Assembly (NCBI GenBank): GCA_016875335.1
Contig: VGRO01000005.1
Span: 11,295-75,294, forward strand
Direction: 5' to 3'
DNA length: 64,000 nt
Source of the DNA: Deltaproteobacteria bacterium
GTDB lineage: Bacteria; Myxococcota_A; UBA9042
This document shows positions 43,237 to 52,841 of this stretch, piece after piece. Position 1 is the first letter of the stretch, and each line of letters opens with the position of its first letter. Made by a program: the position numbers and the translations under genes. Under the pieces are notes generated by a model that saw nothing but the letters and a program-made list of their open reading frames with translations, was not told the DNA's origin and searched no databases.

Positions 43237-44898
43237 CTACCCCCGAAACACCCAAACCTCGCGCCCCTCGACCACCGGCCGCGTGTCCTCGACCACCATC
43301 CGCTCGCCCCACTCGCGTGCCTCGGCCTCCGGTCGCCGGTCAAAGATCAGCAGCGACGCCGACTCGCAAGGCACCCGCCGCAGGTAGGCCCCGACCTGAG
43401 CAAGACCCTCGTCGCGCGGATCGCCTTTCTTGGGGTGCCAGACTTTGAGCTCGAAAAGGTGGCGCTCAAAGCGCACCGGGTAGCGCGGCACCTTGCCTTC
43501 GTCGTCGGGCAGCGGCCAGCGAATCAAGACGTCCATGCGCCGGCTGCCAGCGGCGTATTCGCGGTCCACCCAGCCACCGCCGTTGACGATGCGCTGCAAG
43601 AAGCCCATGCACACCAACTGGACCGCCACCTCGCGGTAGCCCTCGGCCTGCACGAAGCCCTCGGCGTGCTCGCGCCAGAACGCCAGGAATGCTTCGCGCA
43701 GGCCGTCGATGTCCAGGCGGCCGTCGTCGCGGTGCCAGCGGCCGCTAACGACCTGCAATTGGTGTTGGTAGCGACCAGCAAGGCAGCGCGGGATGACCTC
43801 CTTGTAGATCGCGTTGGCGACGCGGGCCGGCTGGTCGGTCACGAGGCCAATGTCCCGGCAATAGCGGTCGTCTTCCCAATCGGCGTTGGTGAGGTCGCTG
43901 CCCGCCAGAATCGGCTCCAACACCTGCCGCACGCGGTCCTCTCGCAGCCGCGCCATCAGCGAGTCGAAGTGCGTGCCCCACTGCACGATGAGGTTGTCTT
44001 TGGCGATGTCGATGTGGGCGACGTCGACGGTTCCGGTCCACCCTTGCTTGGCGACGACGTCGTGGGCCAGTGCGTTGACCAGGTGCGGTTGGCCGCCGGT
44101 CAGCTCCGCCACGCGGTCGAGGGCGGCATCGGTGAAGGCCTGGCCCGTTTCAGCGGTGTGCTGGCCGTACAGCGCGGCGATTTCAGCGCGGCTGAAGGAG
44201 GCGAGGGTAATCGACTCGCGCTTGACGTTGAACGGGCTCGAAGAGGCCGCCCGATCCTGGCCACCCGAGGCGATCTTGTAGTCGCGGACGTCGCGCATGC
44301 CGAAGATGCAGACGGAGTGGGGAAAGCCCTTGGGGCGTTCGGCGTAGCCCTTGCGCATTTGGCTGAGCACGGACACCAGGCCGTCGTTTTCCAAGCAATC
44401 GATCTCGTCGAGGAACAGGACGAGGGGGCGCGCGCACGCCTGCGACCACGCGCGCAGAAAGCGATACAGGCGGCTGCGCGGTGTGGCAGGGGCGTCTGGC
44501 GCTTCGGCGGGAGGTTGCTCCGCCAGCGGCAGTTGGTCGCTCGCCAGTTGCAGCGAGCCGACGACCAGTTCGATGACCTCGCCAACGCTTTGGACTGCGC
44601 GGGCCTCCTCGACCGTGCAATAGACCACGGCATACCGCCCGTCCGCGCGCAGCTTGTCCGCCAGCGCCAGCACCGTCGTGGTCTTGCCCGACTGCCGCGG
44701 GGCGTGCAGCACAAAGTAGTAGCCGTCGTGGACCAAACCCTCGACGGTCGGCGGCAGGCGGTCGAGCGGCGGCAGCGTGTAGTGCTGCGCGACGCGGTTG
44801 ACGTGAGCGGTGTTGAACTGGCGGGCCAAGGCGCACGCAGGGCCGCGGTCAGGCGGCGCAGGCGGGCAGCGTACCACGAACGCGGCGCGGGGCGGCAA
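43237..44898 (-). CDS. AAA-ATPase-like (PF09820-type) protein with C-terminal PD-(D/E)XK-like region
   Basis: Walker A HAPRQSGKTT and Walker B LVLFLDEIDCLEN. The C-terminal ...VLIRWPLPDDEGKVPRYPVRFERHLFELKVWHPKKGD is consistent with a PD-(D/E)XK (E..D..ELK) motif. The start is uncertain: the ORF begins at 44898, but homology to the 28771 fragment starts near LARQFNTAH (about 44830). Confidence 0.7.
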   Translation of the reverse strand: MPPRAAFVVRCPPAPPDRGPACALARQFNTAHVNRVAQHYTLPPLDRLPPTVEGLVHDGYYFVLHAPRQSGKTTTVLALADKLRADGRYAVVYCTVEEARAVQSVGEVIELVVGSLQLASDQLPLAEQPPAEAPDAPATPRSRLYRFLRAWSQACARPLVLFLDEIDCLENDGLVSVLSQMRKGYAERPKGFPHSVCIFGMRDVRDYKIASGGQDRAASSSPFNVKRESITLASFSRAEIAALYGQHTAETGQAFTDAALDRVAELTGGQPHLVNALAHDVVAKQGWTGTVDVAHIDIAKDNLIVQWGTHFDSLMARLREDRVRQVLEPILAGSDLTNADWEDDRYCRDIGLVTDQPARVANAIYKEVIPRCLAGRYQHQLQVVSGRWHRDDGRLDIDGLREAFLAFWREHAEGFVQAEGYREVAVQLVCMGFLQRIVNGGGWVDREYAAGSRRMDVLIRWPLPDDEGKVPRYPVRFERHLFELKVWHPKKGDPRDEGLAQVGAYLRRVPCESASLLIFDRRPEAEAREWGERMVVEDTRPVVEGREVWVFRG

Positions 44899-45191
44899 TC
44901 AAGACGGGGCCGCCGCCCACGCGCGCGCCTGAATCGGTCACCGTGGCATCGGTCGTCGCCGCGTCCGTGCCGGCCGGCAGTGGCGAGGTGCATGCGCCAA
45001 GGATCGCGCAGCTTGCGCCGGTAGCGCGGGCGAACACTCGGGCACGGATTCGCATGGAGGACCCCAGCGTGCAGGTTTGGACGCGTTGGCGGAGCGAGGG
45101 CGAAGCCGCGCGGGATGTCAAACCCCTTGCGCCCGCCTCGATGTCACCGCACCATCACGTTGCCGGGCGTCCACGCGCCCAAAGAGTGTCC

Positions 45192-45638
45192 ATGCGTCCC
45201 GTCCTGCCGTTGTCCGTCCTCGCGCTTGCTGCCGCCCTGCCCGTCACCGCCGCCGACGCGCCCGCTGCCCGCGTGGTTGTCGCGCGCGAATCGGCGCAGA
45301 CCTACCCTATCCTCGGCGGCAAAGGCGAGGCGACCCTGCTGCTCAACGCCGAAACGGGCAGCAAGGAGGCCGCGCTGTCGGTCCTGACGCTGGCCCCTGG
45401 CGCCGAGGTGCCGCAACACGTGCACGAAGGCAGCGCGGAGTTGCTGTACATCGAGAGCGGCACCTGTGAACTGGTGGTCGGCGGCGTCAAGGTCCAGGCC
45501 GGGCCGGGCAGCGCCGTGCGCATTCCGGCGGGTGTGCCGCACAGCGCACGGGTGACCTCGGCGGTGCAGTCGCTGCGGGCGGTGCAGGTGTACGTGGGGC
45601 CGGGGCCGGAGCAGAGGTTTCGCGCGCCCGCCAAGTAG
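45192..45638 (+). CDS. Secreted single-domain cupin protein
   Basis: ATG at 45192. MRPVLPLSVLALAAALPVTAADA is a signal peptide. Cupin motifs: PGAEVPQHVHEGSAELLYIESG ... GSAVRIPAGVPHSARV. Confidence 0.6.
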   Translation: MRPVLPLSVLALAAALPVTAADAPAARVVVARESAQTYPILGGKGEATLLLNAETGSKEAALSVLTLAPGAEVPQHVHEGSAELLYIESGTCELVVGGVKVQAGPGSAVRIPAGVPHSARVTSAVQSLRAVQVYVGPGPEQRFRAPAK

Positions 45639-45700
45639 CGCCAGTCGGGTTGCTGGTGGATTGCGGGCAATGTTGACAATCCCGGCCGCCCGGCCCAAGT

Positions 45701-48169
45701 TTGGCCGTCGGGTGGTCCTGTCGACCATCGCTGGCGGGCGTCGAGGGCAGCGTGGGCAAAGCGGTCGATGTCGGTGAACTGAAAGCCAGGGCGGCCGCCG
45801 TGCGACGGTCGCTGGTTGACCCGGTCATTGCGCCGTGGCAGACCGCCGGAACGACAGCGCTCTTCCAGGTTCGCCTGGACCGCGCGGCCAATCGCCTGGC
45901 GGAGGCGGCGGCGTACCAGCACCTCGCGACGGGCTCGCTGCCAGCAGAACCGTTGATCCGAGAACTGGTTGGACAGTGGCACGCGGTAGGCTTCGATGAC
46001 GCCTTCGAGCAGGCGCGGGTCTTCGAGGAGCGGGCGTTTGCCGGGTCGGTCGAAGACGAGTGGCGCGCGCGGGTCGAGGCCGAGTTTGGTTTCGTGGACA
46101 TCCGCGGGATGCAGACCGGGGCGGCGCTGCGGGTGCCGCTCGACCGACTGTGGGTGGGCTTGCGGGCCGAGAGGGAGCCCGAGGACGAAAGCCGCGAACC
46201 GCACTTGGCCTGGGTGCGGTCCAGGAGCCGCGGGGACGAGCAGTTCATTCCAGTGACGGCCATCGCGCGGGAGAACCCGGTCGTCGCGTTCGTCGCTGGC
46301 CCAGGATCCGGCAAGAGCACGCTGGTCGCGCGGTTGGCCGTGGACGCCGCGCGCAACGCCAATGGGCCGGTGCCGTTCGTCGTGCCCGGACACCGCTGGC
46401 AGGGCGATGCCGTGACCGCGGTGACGCTGGCCAACGCGGCTGGCTACAATGCGGCACAGACGGCGCTGCTGGTGGACTGCTGGAACAGCGGCCGCGCTCT
46501 GGTCATCGTCGATGCGGTCGACGAGTGTTCTTCGCCATCCACGCTTGTGGCCGCCTTGGACGCGGCGGCGGCTGCGCTTGGCGGGACCGGCAACCGCTTG
46601 GTTGTCACCTCCCGGCCGCTTCCCGCGTGGGCGACGACGAAGAGACTGCGCAAGCACACGTGGACTCTTGCGGCCTTCGAGCGGTCCGAGCAAGAGGCGT
46701 ACGTGGACCAGTGGACGCAGGCGGTGGAAATTGCGCTGCACAACGTACCGGATCCGAAGGCGCAGCAGGCCGAGCGACCGTTGAAGTTGGCGGCCAACGC
46801 GGCCACCAAACTCAAACGGGCGCTCCGTGCCAACCGGGCCCTGGGCGAGTTGGCCGGCACGCCGCTGCTTATTTTGTGCATGTGCGCGCTGCATCGCTTC
46901 ATGGGCGAGCGTCTGCCCGAACGGCGGGTGGCGTTGTACGAGGCCGTCGTCAACTTGCTGCTTTTTGAGTGGGACAAGTCCAAGCTGGCATCGGACGCAT
47001 TGCTGGGCCAGCTCGACCGCGAGCAGCGCTGTGGGCTGATGGCACACCTGGCGCTCGCGATGCTCGATGGCGGCGCGCGCGAGTGGCAGGACGCCGAGAT
47101 CCTGGCCGCGTTGGAGCACGCTCAGGTCGCGAAAGACCAAAGGTGGGGCCAGGCCGAGTTGCTGACCGCGCTCGGCGAGGTGCGCAACCGCGGCGGCCTG
47201 TTGGTAGAGGCAGCGCCGGGTCGGTGGCGGTTCGTGCACCTGGCCCTACAGGAGTACCTGGCGGCGCGGGCGCTTGCCGAACTGTGGGACCTGGGGGCCA
47301 TCCTGGCACGCTGGCGCAAGGCGCCGGAGCGCTGGCGCGAGGTGGTCGTTTTGTATGCGGGGTTGCCGGGCGTCGACGCTGGCACGTTGGTGGATGCGGT
47401 GTCGGAAGAAGCGCACAACCAGCCGCGATTGGAAAGTTCGCAATTCTCCCGGTACAAGTTAGCGGCAGAGTGCATCGGATCCGCGGCGCTGCCACCGCCG
47501 GGCCGTATCGGCAGCCTATACGATGCCAGCGTCGCCCGTCTGACGATACTAGGGGCGGCCCATGTCATGCGCGTCGGCGGCATCGCTGAGTTCGCCCAGC
47601 TCCGCTTTGCATCGGCACTCGATGCGGCGATCGAAAGAGGGCAGGCGGCCGAGATCGAGGACGCGCTGTTTGCGCTTTCCGAGTTGGGCGCATCGGGAGG
47701 CGTGGGCGCGATTGCCGCGCGGCTTCCCAAATTGGCCCAGCCCGAATTTCGGCCCGCCCATACCCCAATAACTGCGGCCGATCCCAAGGGCGGAAGCGAA
47801 CTTGGCCTTTTCGCTTCGGCGCTGTTGGTGGCCTCCTATGCCAGCGGCCGGTGGCCTGGCGACGCCGAAACGCGCAACGTGGCGACGGTTGCGGCCGCAG
47901 TCGCGCAGCACCCAGACCTGCGACGTCCACTGGAAGATCACTGGCAGCGCATTCGCGGCGGCGTCGCAAGGCTCGACCCCCACAGCGCAGCGGAATACGG
48001 CGGCTTCCTCGAATCCGTGCTCCGCCAATCCGGCGACGACGGCGACCGCGAACGCCTTGACCGCCTCGTCGCCGGCCTGCCCACCACGGCCGCGGTTGGC
48101 AACGCGCGTCCCGAAAAGCCGCCGGCAGCGGCCTCTACGCCTGCAACACCCGGTCGATCGCGGCGTTGA
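45701..48169 (+). CDS. NACHT-domain STAND NTPase
   Basis: Walker A VAFVAGPGSGKSTLVARLA; Walker B ALVIVDAVDE; GTPLLILCMCAL (GxP-like); and downstream an α-helical Leu/Ala-rich region. N-terminal ~180 aa and C-terminal ~300 aa regions are unassigned. Confidence 0.7.
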   Translation: MAVGWSCRPSLAGVEGSVGKAVDVGELKARAAAVRRSLVDPVIAPWQTAGTTALFQVRLDRAANRLAEAAAYQHLATGSLPAEPLIRELVGQWHAVGFDDAFEQARVFEERAFAGSVEDEWRARVEAEFGFVDIRGMQTGAALRVPLDRLWVGLRAEREPEDESREPHLAWVRSRSRGDEQFIPVTAIARENPVVAFVAGPGSGKSTLVARLAVDAARNANGPVPFVVPGHRWQGDAVTAVTLANAAGYNAAQTALLVDCWNSGRALVIVDAVDECSSPSTLVAALDAAAAALGGTGNRLVVTSRPLPAWATTKRLRKHTWTLAAFERSEQEAYVDQWTQAVEIALHNVPDPKAQQAERPLKLAANAATKLKRALRANRALGELAGTPLLILCMCALHRFMGERLPERRVALYEAVVNLLLFEWDKSKLASDALLGQLDREQRCGLMAHLALAMLDGGAREWQDAEILAALEHAQVAKDQRWGQAELLTALGEVRNRGGLLVEAAPGRWRFVHLALQEYLAARALAELWDLGAILARWRKAPERWREVVVLYAGLPGVDAGTLVDAVSEEAHNQPRLESSQFSRYKLAAECIGSAALPPPGRIGSLYDASVARLTILGAAHVMRVGGIAEFAQLRFASALDAAIERGQAAEIEDALFALSELGASGGVGAIAARLPKLAQPEFRPAHTPITAADPKGGSELGLFASALLVASYASGRWPGDAETRNVATVAAAVAQHPDLRRPLEDHWQRIRGGVARLDPHSAAEYGGFLESVLRQSGDDGDRERLDRLVAGLPTTAAVGNARPEKPPAAASTPATPGRSRR

Positions 48170-48911
48170 CGGCGGCGCTGTAGGGCTCGGCCTCCGTCGC
48201 CCGAAAAGCCGTCGCCACCACGGCGCGCACGGCCGCCCGCAACGCCGGGTCTGCCCCTTCCAGCGCCTCAAGCAACGCTTTCACGCGCGCCGTGGTCGCC
48301 GCGATTGCCGCCTCTCGGGCACGGGTCAATCCCTCGCGGCTCAGGTCCATGTCGCGCACGGTAGCCTCGGCCTTTGCGTCGCCCTGCAGTGCCGCGATGC
48401 CGCCGCCGTCGTCGAACTGAAAGTGGGCGGCGGGGTTGGCGTCCTCATGCGGCGCTACGTACCCGCCTTGCGGCCACTTGTTGCTCTTGCTGTGGTTGCA
48501 CAGGCTGCAACTGGGCAGGTAGTTGCCCCAAGCGTAGGCCAAGGTGGGGAACAGCGACTTGGGCCGGAAGTGCTCGACCTGCCAGAACTGGTCTGCGAAC
48601 GCGGGCGACTCGCAGTACACGCATTTGCCCTTGGCGTTGTCCATCATTTTGGCCTTGCGGGCGAGGATCGCGTTGTCTTTTGCGCCCCACAACGGCGGGA
48701 ACTCCTTGGTCGCCGAGTTGCCCTTGGTCGGCAGCGTGCCTTGGTCGTGGTCGGCAAAGGTCTCCCCGGCAGCGACAGCGCCACTGCGGACGCCCGCTTC
48801 GTAGGCCTTTGCGGCTGTCTCGTACGCGGCATAGCCGCCCTTGAACTTTTTGCAGGCCTTCAACTTGTCTTTCCAGCCAACGGGGTCCGATACCACGCGA
48901 AACGCCATCAT
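48135..48911 (-). CDS. ptuB: HNH endonuclease, Septu PtuB-like (TIGR02646-like)
   Basis: 258 aa. Motifs CVYCESP...QVEHFRPKS...GNYLPSCSLCNHSKSNKWP form an HNH His-Me finger. The ATGATG start overlaps the TGA of the upstream ATPase gene (ATGA). Confidence 0.65.
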   Translation of the reverse strand: MMAFRVVSDPVGWKDKLKACKKFKGGYAAYETAAKAYEAGVRSGAVAAGETFADHDQGTLPTKGNSATKEFPPLWGAKDNAILARKAKMMDNAKGKCVYCESPAFADQFWQVEHFRPKSLFPTLAYAWGNYLPSCSLCNHSKSNKWPQGGYVAPHEDANPAAHFQFDDGGGIAALQGDAKAEATVRDMDLSREGLTRAREAAIAATTARVKALLEALEGADPALRAAVRAVVATAFRATEAEPYSAAVNAAIDRVLQA

Positions 48912-50242
48912 TGCGCACCCACCTTCGCGAGCGCCGCCAGCAATTCGCGGATGACGGCCTGCGTCGCCCCTTCGACGCGATCTCGACCGTCGGCTTGACC
49001 CTGGCGCATGGCCTCGCGGGCGCGGATGCCCTGGAGCTTGTCGAGCAATTCGCGAAGCCGGGCCCGCTGCTTCTCTGACCTGGCTGCTTTGGCGACGAGC
49101 GCGTCGAGTTCCCTTTCGAGCTCCGCCACCGCGTGGGAATAGGCGCTGTCGAGGCCGAACAATTCCGTTTCGACCAACGCCGATCCGACCGCCGCGTGGT
49201 GCAGCTTGGCCAGGGTAGCTGGCGCCAACCGCTCGACGCGCGCGGCTTTTTCGGCTTGGGGCGGCACCATGCGGTACACCGCGCACCCGGGCCCCTCGCC
49301 CACCGCGATATCCACGGCCGCCAGCGCCACCTGCGCCGAATGCGTCGTCACGACCAGTTGGGCACCGGGGAACGCGGTGAGCAACTGATCCAAAACCGCG
49401 TGCTGCCACCGCGGGTGCAGGTGCAAGTCCACTTCGTCGATGAGCAGCGTCAATTGGTCACCCGACCACCCATAGCTGATGACGCCCGTCGCCAGCCGAC
49501 CCAACGCATCCGCGACCAGGGCCAGCACCGCCTTGTAGCCATCCGAAAGTTCGCCAAACCGCCGTGTACTGCCGTCGTCGAAGTGCACGTCCAAGCCGCG
49601 TTGGTCGGCCGCGACCGTCGTCTGGTCAAAGCCCTGGACGACCTTGCGGAGCGATTGGTGCAGGGCGTCAAGGCGCTGCTGCGCCGCCGGATCGCCTTCG
49701 CGGCCCCTGGCATGCAGGCTCAGCAGCATGCTGGTCATGTTGCGCGTCGGGCCGTCAGAGGGCGCGAAAACACTGGCTGCGCGCCCGCCAAATGCAACCG
49801 AGTTGCTAGCGTACGACGATGGCGACACCAGTTCGCCGGCTTCCGACTTCGCAGGCGGCAAGGCGATCCCACGATACCTCCCATAGGCCAACAGCCATGG
49901 CTGCTCTGGCAGGCGATCCCGACCGGCACCTTGCGCTTGCAGCCACCCGGCCGCCCTGGCCCCCGCGCGATGCAGCACAATCTCGCCGCCGCCGCCCCCC
50001 GCGCGTCCGGGGAACTGCTGCAGGTCCCCTTCCTCTGGATCCTCGTCCTCGGACCGCCAGGCCAGCGCCGCGATGGCCTCGACCACGGTGGACTTGCCCG
50101 ACCCGTTTTCACCCACGAACACGGTCAGGCGGCGATGCAATTCGATCGCGGCATGGTCGAAGCAACGGACGTTGTGCAGTTCCAGTCGCGACAACTGCCA
50201 AGCCGCGGCCTTGTCGTGCGGGGTCGCATTCGGTTTTGGCAT
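48908..50242 (-). CDS. ptuA: ABC/OLD-like AAA_15/21 ATPase, Septu PtuA-like
   Basis: ATG at 50242 (MPKPNATPHD). The N-terminus LSRLELHNVRCFDHAAIELHRRLTVFVGENGSGKSTVVEAIAAL is a RecF/SbcC-like Walker A. LTLLIDEVDLHLHP is Walker B, and LVVTTHS is the H-loop. The stop overlaps the ptuB-like start. Confidence 0.7.
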   Translation of the reverse strand: MPKPNATPHDKAAAWQLSRLELHNVRCFDHAAIELHRRLTVFVGENGSGKSTVVEAIAALAWRSEDEDPEEGDLQQFPGRAGGGGGEIVLHRAGARAAGWLQAQGAGRDRLPEQPWLLAYGRYRGIALPPAKSEAGELVSPSSYASNSVAFGGRAASVFAPSDGPTRNMTSMLLSLHARGREGDPAAQQRLDALHQSLRKVVQGFDQTTVAADQRGLDVHFDDGSTRRFGELSDGYKAVLALVADALGRLATGVISYGWSGDQLTLLIDEVDLHLHPRWQHAVLDQLLTAFPGAQLVVTTHSAQVALAAVDIAVGEGPGCAVYRMVPPQAEKAARVERLAPATLAKLHHAAVGSALVETELFGLDSAYSHAVAELERELDALVAKAARSEKQRARLRELLDKLQGIRAREAMRQGQADGRDRVEGATQAVIRELLAALAKVGAQ

Positions 50243-50340
50243 GGTCAGGTCCGTTGCGGGCCGTCGGGCCCGGCCCGATGGTGGCATGCCAGCCCAAGCC
50301 GGTCACCTTTGGCTGGCACGACCCTTGCGGAAGCGCCCTA

Positions 50341-50497
50341 GCTGGGCACGCATGCCAGTCTGAAGCCTTGCCGAAGCGACCTCGGGGGGCACCGCGGCAA
50401 GTCTCGACCCTTGCCCAGCGGCCGGTATTGGCGCGCACGCCAGTCTCGACCGTTGCCCCGGCGCCCAACTTGGGCGCGCACGCCAGTCTCGACCCTT
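50341..50497. repeat. Imperfect ~40-bp direct repeats upstream of the ptuA-like gene
   Basis: TTGGCGCGCACGCCAGTCTCGACCGTTGC (50427-50455) and TTGGGCGCGCACGCCAGTCTCGACCCTTGC (50469-50497) are near-identical. Degenerate copies: CTGGGCACGCATGCCAGTCTGAAGCCTTGC (50341-50370) and CAAGTCTCGACCCTTGCC (50397-50414). Confidence 0.55.
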
Positions 50498-50498
50498 G

Positions 50499-52841
50499 CT
50501 ACGCGGGCGGCACCGGCACCGCTGGCCCGTCTGCAGCCGGCGCGCGCTCCACCCGCCGCGAGCCGAGCGCCGGGGCGTGGTCGCCAAAGTCGTCGCCCCA
50601 CTGGTAATACGCGGCCTTGCGCACGCTCTTGTAGCCCTGGACCAGCAGCGTCCACAGCCGGTCGCGGATGTCGGCGGCGCGGTCGGCGTCGGTCTCGGGC
50701 TTGCCGCCCGGCTTGTAGCCCGCCGGTCGCAACACCGCCAACAGTTGGGTGCCGACCGCGGCGGCCTCGTCGACTTCGGCCACCTCGACCGGGTGCTTGC
50801 CGGCGACGACGGCCGCGTGGGCGCGGAAGAGGCCGGCCAGCCGCACACAGTCGGTCGCGGAGTCGATAGCCCCGGTGCCGCGCTCGATGTCCCGCACTTC
50901 GGCCGCGGGCAAGAGGCCCTTGTCGGCCAGCGAGCGGGCGGCATTGAGCAGCATGGCGCGCAACTCTGCAGAACGCTTGCGCCAGCGGGCAATCTCGCCG
51001 GGCGACGCAGCATCGCGGTCCACGCGCGCCGATGCGTAGACGACGGCCTGGGCCAGCGCGGGCAGGTTGGGCATGGCGACCCAGTCCAGCGCGGGCAGCA
51101 CGGGTTGCAGTTCCGGCTGGAGCGCCAGCGCGGCCGCGACCCCGCGTTGGACATTGCCGTGGGCGATTTCTGGGTCGGCGCGCATGGGCTGGATGTCGCG
51201 CAGGGCCATGGCCTGGGGAAGGAACTGCTGGTAGGCGGCTTCGGCGTCGGGCTGGGCGGGGGTGTCGTGCATGGTGGGCTCCGTTGGGTTGTGGCCTTGG
51301 GCCGGCCGTTTGTCGATGGCGCTGGCGGGATTCTGGCGGTCGGCGCTGGGCATGGTCACGGCGTGCGGGTGTTCTGTCAAGTGCCTTGGAGCTGGGACAA
51401 CGGGTTCTGCGGGCGGCACGGGGGCGTCGATGTCGGTGTCGAGAATGCGCTGGAAAGCGTCGCGGATTGTTGCAGCCTCGGGCATTTGCAGGTGCTTGGC
51501 GTCGGCGTAGGCGCGTCGGAGGAGCGATTCGATTTCCGGGCGATCGTCGGGCTGGCCGCGCTTGTTTAGAACAAGGGCAGTATTGATGCAGGCGTCAACG
51601 AGTGCGGGCTTGTTGCCCAGACGCTCGTAGCGCGGCAGGACGTGCTCGCGTTGGATTCGCAAGGCCTCGTCCAATTGGCCGCGGGTTTGGTGCACGTCGG
51701 CGATCCTTCCGAGTGTGAGCGCCGCCGAGTGGTCGTCACCGAGCCGCTCGAATACCGGCAGCGCGTGCTCGCGCAAGATGAGCAGTGCCTCGTCGAGTTG
51801 GCCGAGGGTGTGAAGCACGCCAGCGATCCACGCGCGCGTCAGGGCCGTCAAGGGCACATCACCAAGCCGCTCAAAGGTTGGCAGCACCTGCTCGCGCGCG
51901 ATGCGCAGAGCTTCGTCGGGTTGGCCGAGGTCCAAGACGACGCGGGCAATATTGAGTTGCGTAGCCGCTGCTGATCGCTCGTCGCCCAGTCGCTCAAGTA
52001 CCGGCAGCGCCCGCTCGCGCAAGAGGCGCAGCGCCTCGTCGAATTGGCCGCGTTGCCGGAGCACGGAGGCGATATTTCGCCATGCCAATGATTCGGATCG
52101 CACGTCGCCCAGTCGCTCATACGCCGGCAGTTCCTCTTGACGCCGAATACGCAAAGCCTCGTCGAGATCGCCCTGGACGGCCAGCGCGGCAGCCACTTCT
52201 CCAAGGGTGACGGCCTTGTCGTAGTCCGCGCCGATCCGCTCGTAGATCGGAACGGCCTCCTTGAGCCGCAGGCGGATCGCGCCGGCCAAGTCTCCGGCAT
52301 CCGCAAGCGTATCCGCCTCGCGCCGCAGCGCCGTGGCAACGTCGTCGGCGTCTTCCGTTGCCAGTGCAACGTAGCTGCGCACCGACCACAGGTCTGGCGC
52401 TTCCCGTGCGAGCAGGGGGAACATCCACGCGGGCAGCACCAGCACCAGCGGCAGGCCGAGGTCGCTGGCGATGAGGTTGCGCGCTTCATTCATCCGCCGC
52501 AGCCAGTTGCGCCAGGCGTCGATGTCGCGCGGGTCGGCCGCCGAGGCGTCGATGCCGGCAACAGCGGGCGATGGCGACTGCTGGCGGACAACCAGCAGCG
52601 GCTTCAACAGCCCGTCGATGAGTTGTCCAACCGTCGGCGCGGCCCACAGTTTTCGTTCTTCGGGCTCGTGCCAGAGGATGGTCAAACCTGCGGGCAGCAC
52701 GGACTCGAGTTCTCCGCGAAACGCATGGCCGGCGTGCGGCCCGGCAACCTCAATGACGTGGCATTGAAACCTGTCGCCGCCCAATTCCAGCGCGGAGACC
52801 AGGCGAGCGGCCGCTTGGGCAGGTGGGACGCCAGCGTTCAC
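50499..52841 (-). CDS. TPR-repeat protein (about 8 tandem repeats) with unassigned N- and C-terminal domains
   Basis: GTG at 52841 overlaps the TGA of the upstream NTPase gene (GTGA). The central region has about 8 repeats of ...DEALRI.RE..LP.YERLGD.... The ORF-track Met at 52904 would give a 66-nt overlap instead. Confidence 0.6.
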   Translation of the reverse strand: MNAGVPPAQAAARLVSALELGGDRFQCHVIEVAGPHAGHAFRGELESVLPAGLTILWHEPEERKLWAAPTVGQLIDGLLKPLLVVRQQSPSPAVAGIDASAADPRDIDAWRNWLRRMNEARNLIASDLGLPLVLVLPAWMFPLLAREAPDLWSVRSYVALATEDADDVATALRREADTLADAGDLAGAIRLRLKEAVPIYERIGADYDKAVTLGEVAAALAVQGDLDEALRIRRQEELPAYERLGDVRSESLAWRNIASVLRQRGQFDEALRLLRERALPVLERLGDERSAAATQLNIARVVLDLGQPDEALRIAREQVLPTFERLGDVPLTALTRAWIAGVLHTLGQLDEALLILREHALPVFERLGDDHSAALTLGRIADVHQTRGQLDEALRIQREHVLPRYERLGNKPALVDACINTALVLNKRGQPDDRPEIESLLRRAYADAKHLQMPEAATIRDAFQRILDTDIDAPVPPAEPVVPAPRHLTEHPHAVTMPSADRQNPASAIDKRPAQGHNPTEPTMHDTPAQPDAEAAYQQFLPQAMALRDIQPMRADPEIAHGNVQRGVAAALALQPELQPVLPALDWVAMPNLPALAQAVVYASARVDRDAASPGEIARWRKRSAELRAMLLNAARSLADKGLLPAAEVRDIERGTGAIDSATDCVRLAGLFRAHAAVVAGKHPVEVAEVDEAAAVGTQLLAVLRPAGYKPGGKPETDADRAADIRDRLWTLLVQGYKSVRKAAYYQWGDDFGDHAPALGSRRVERAPAADGPAVPVPPA

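Noticed and set aside
42877-47239. Plus-strand ORF 42877..45024 (715 aa) and minus-strand ORF 45302..47239 (645 aa)
   Set aside because: They are antisense to the AAA/PD-(D/E)XK gene and the NACHT gene respectively, with no motifs and junk composition.
50311-50326. Perfect sigma-54 promoter consensus CTGGCAC-gaccc-TTGC in the ptuA upstream region
   Set aside because: The motif is on the plus strand and would drive transcription toward higher coordinates, antisense to the TPR gene. Both nearby operons are on the minus strand, so it is not a credible promoter for them. It is noted only as a possible antisense or coincidental match.
50341-50497. Possible CRISPR-like array (about 25-bp repeat, about 15-bp spacers)
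   Set aside because: There are only 2 good and 2 degenerate copies. The spacers are far too short and no cas genes are present, so this is not a CRISPR array.
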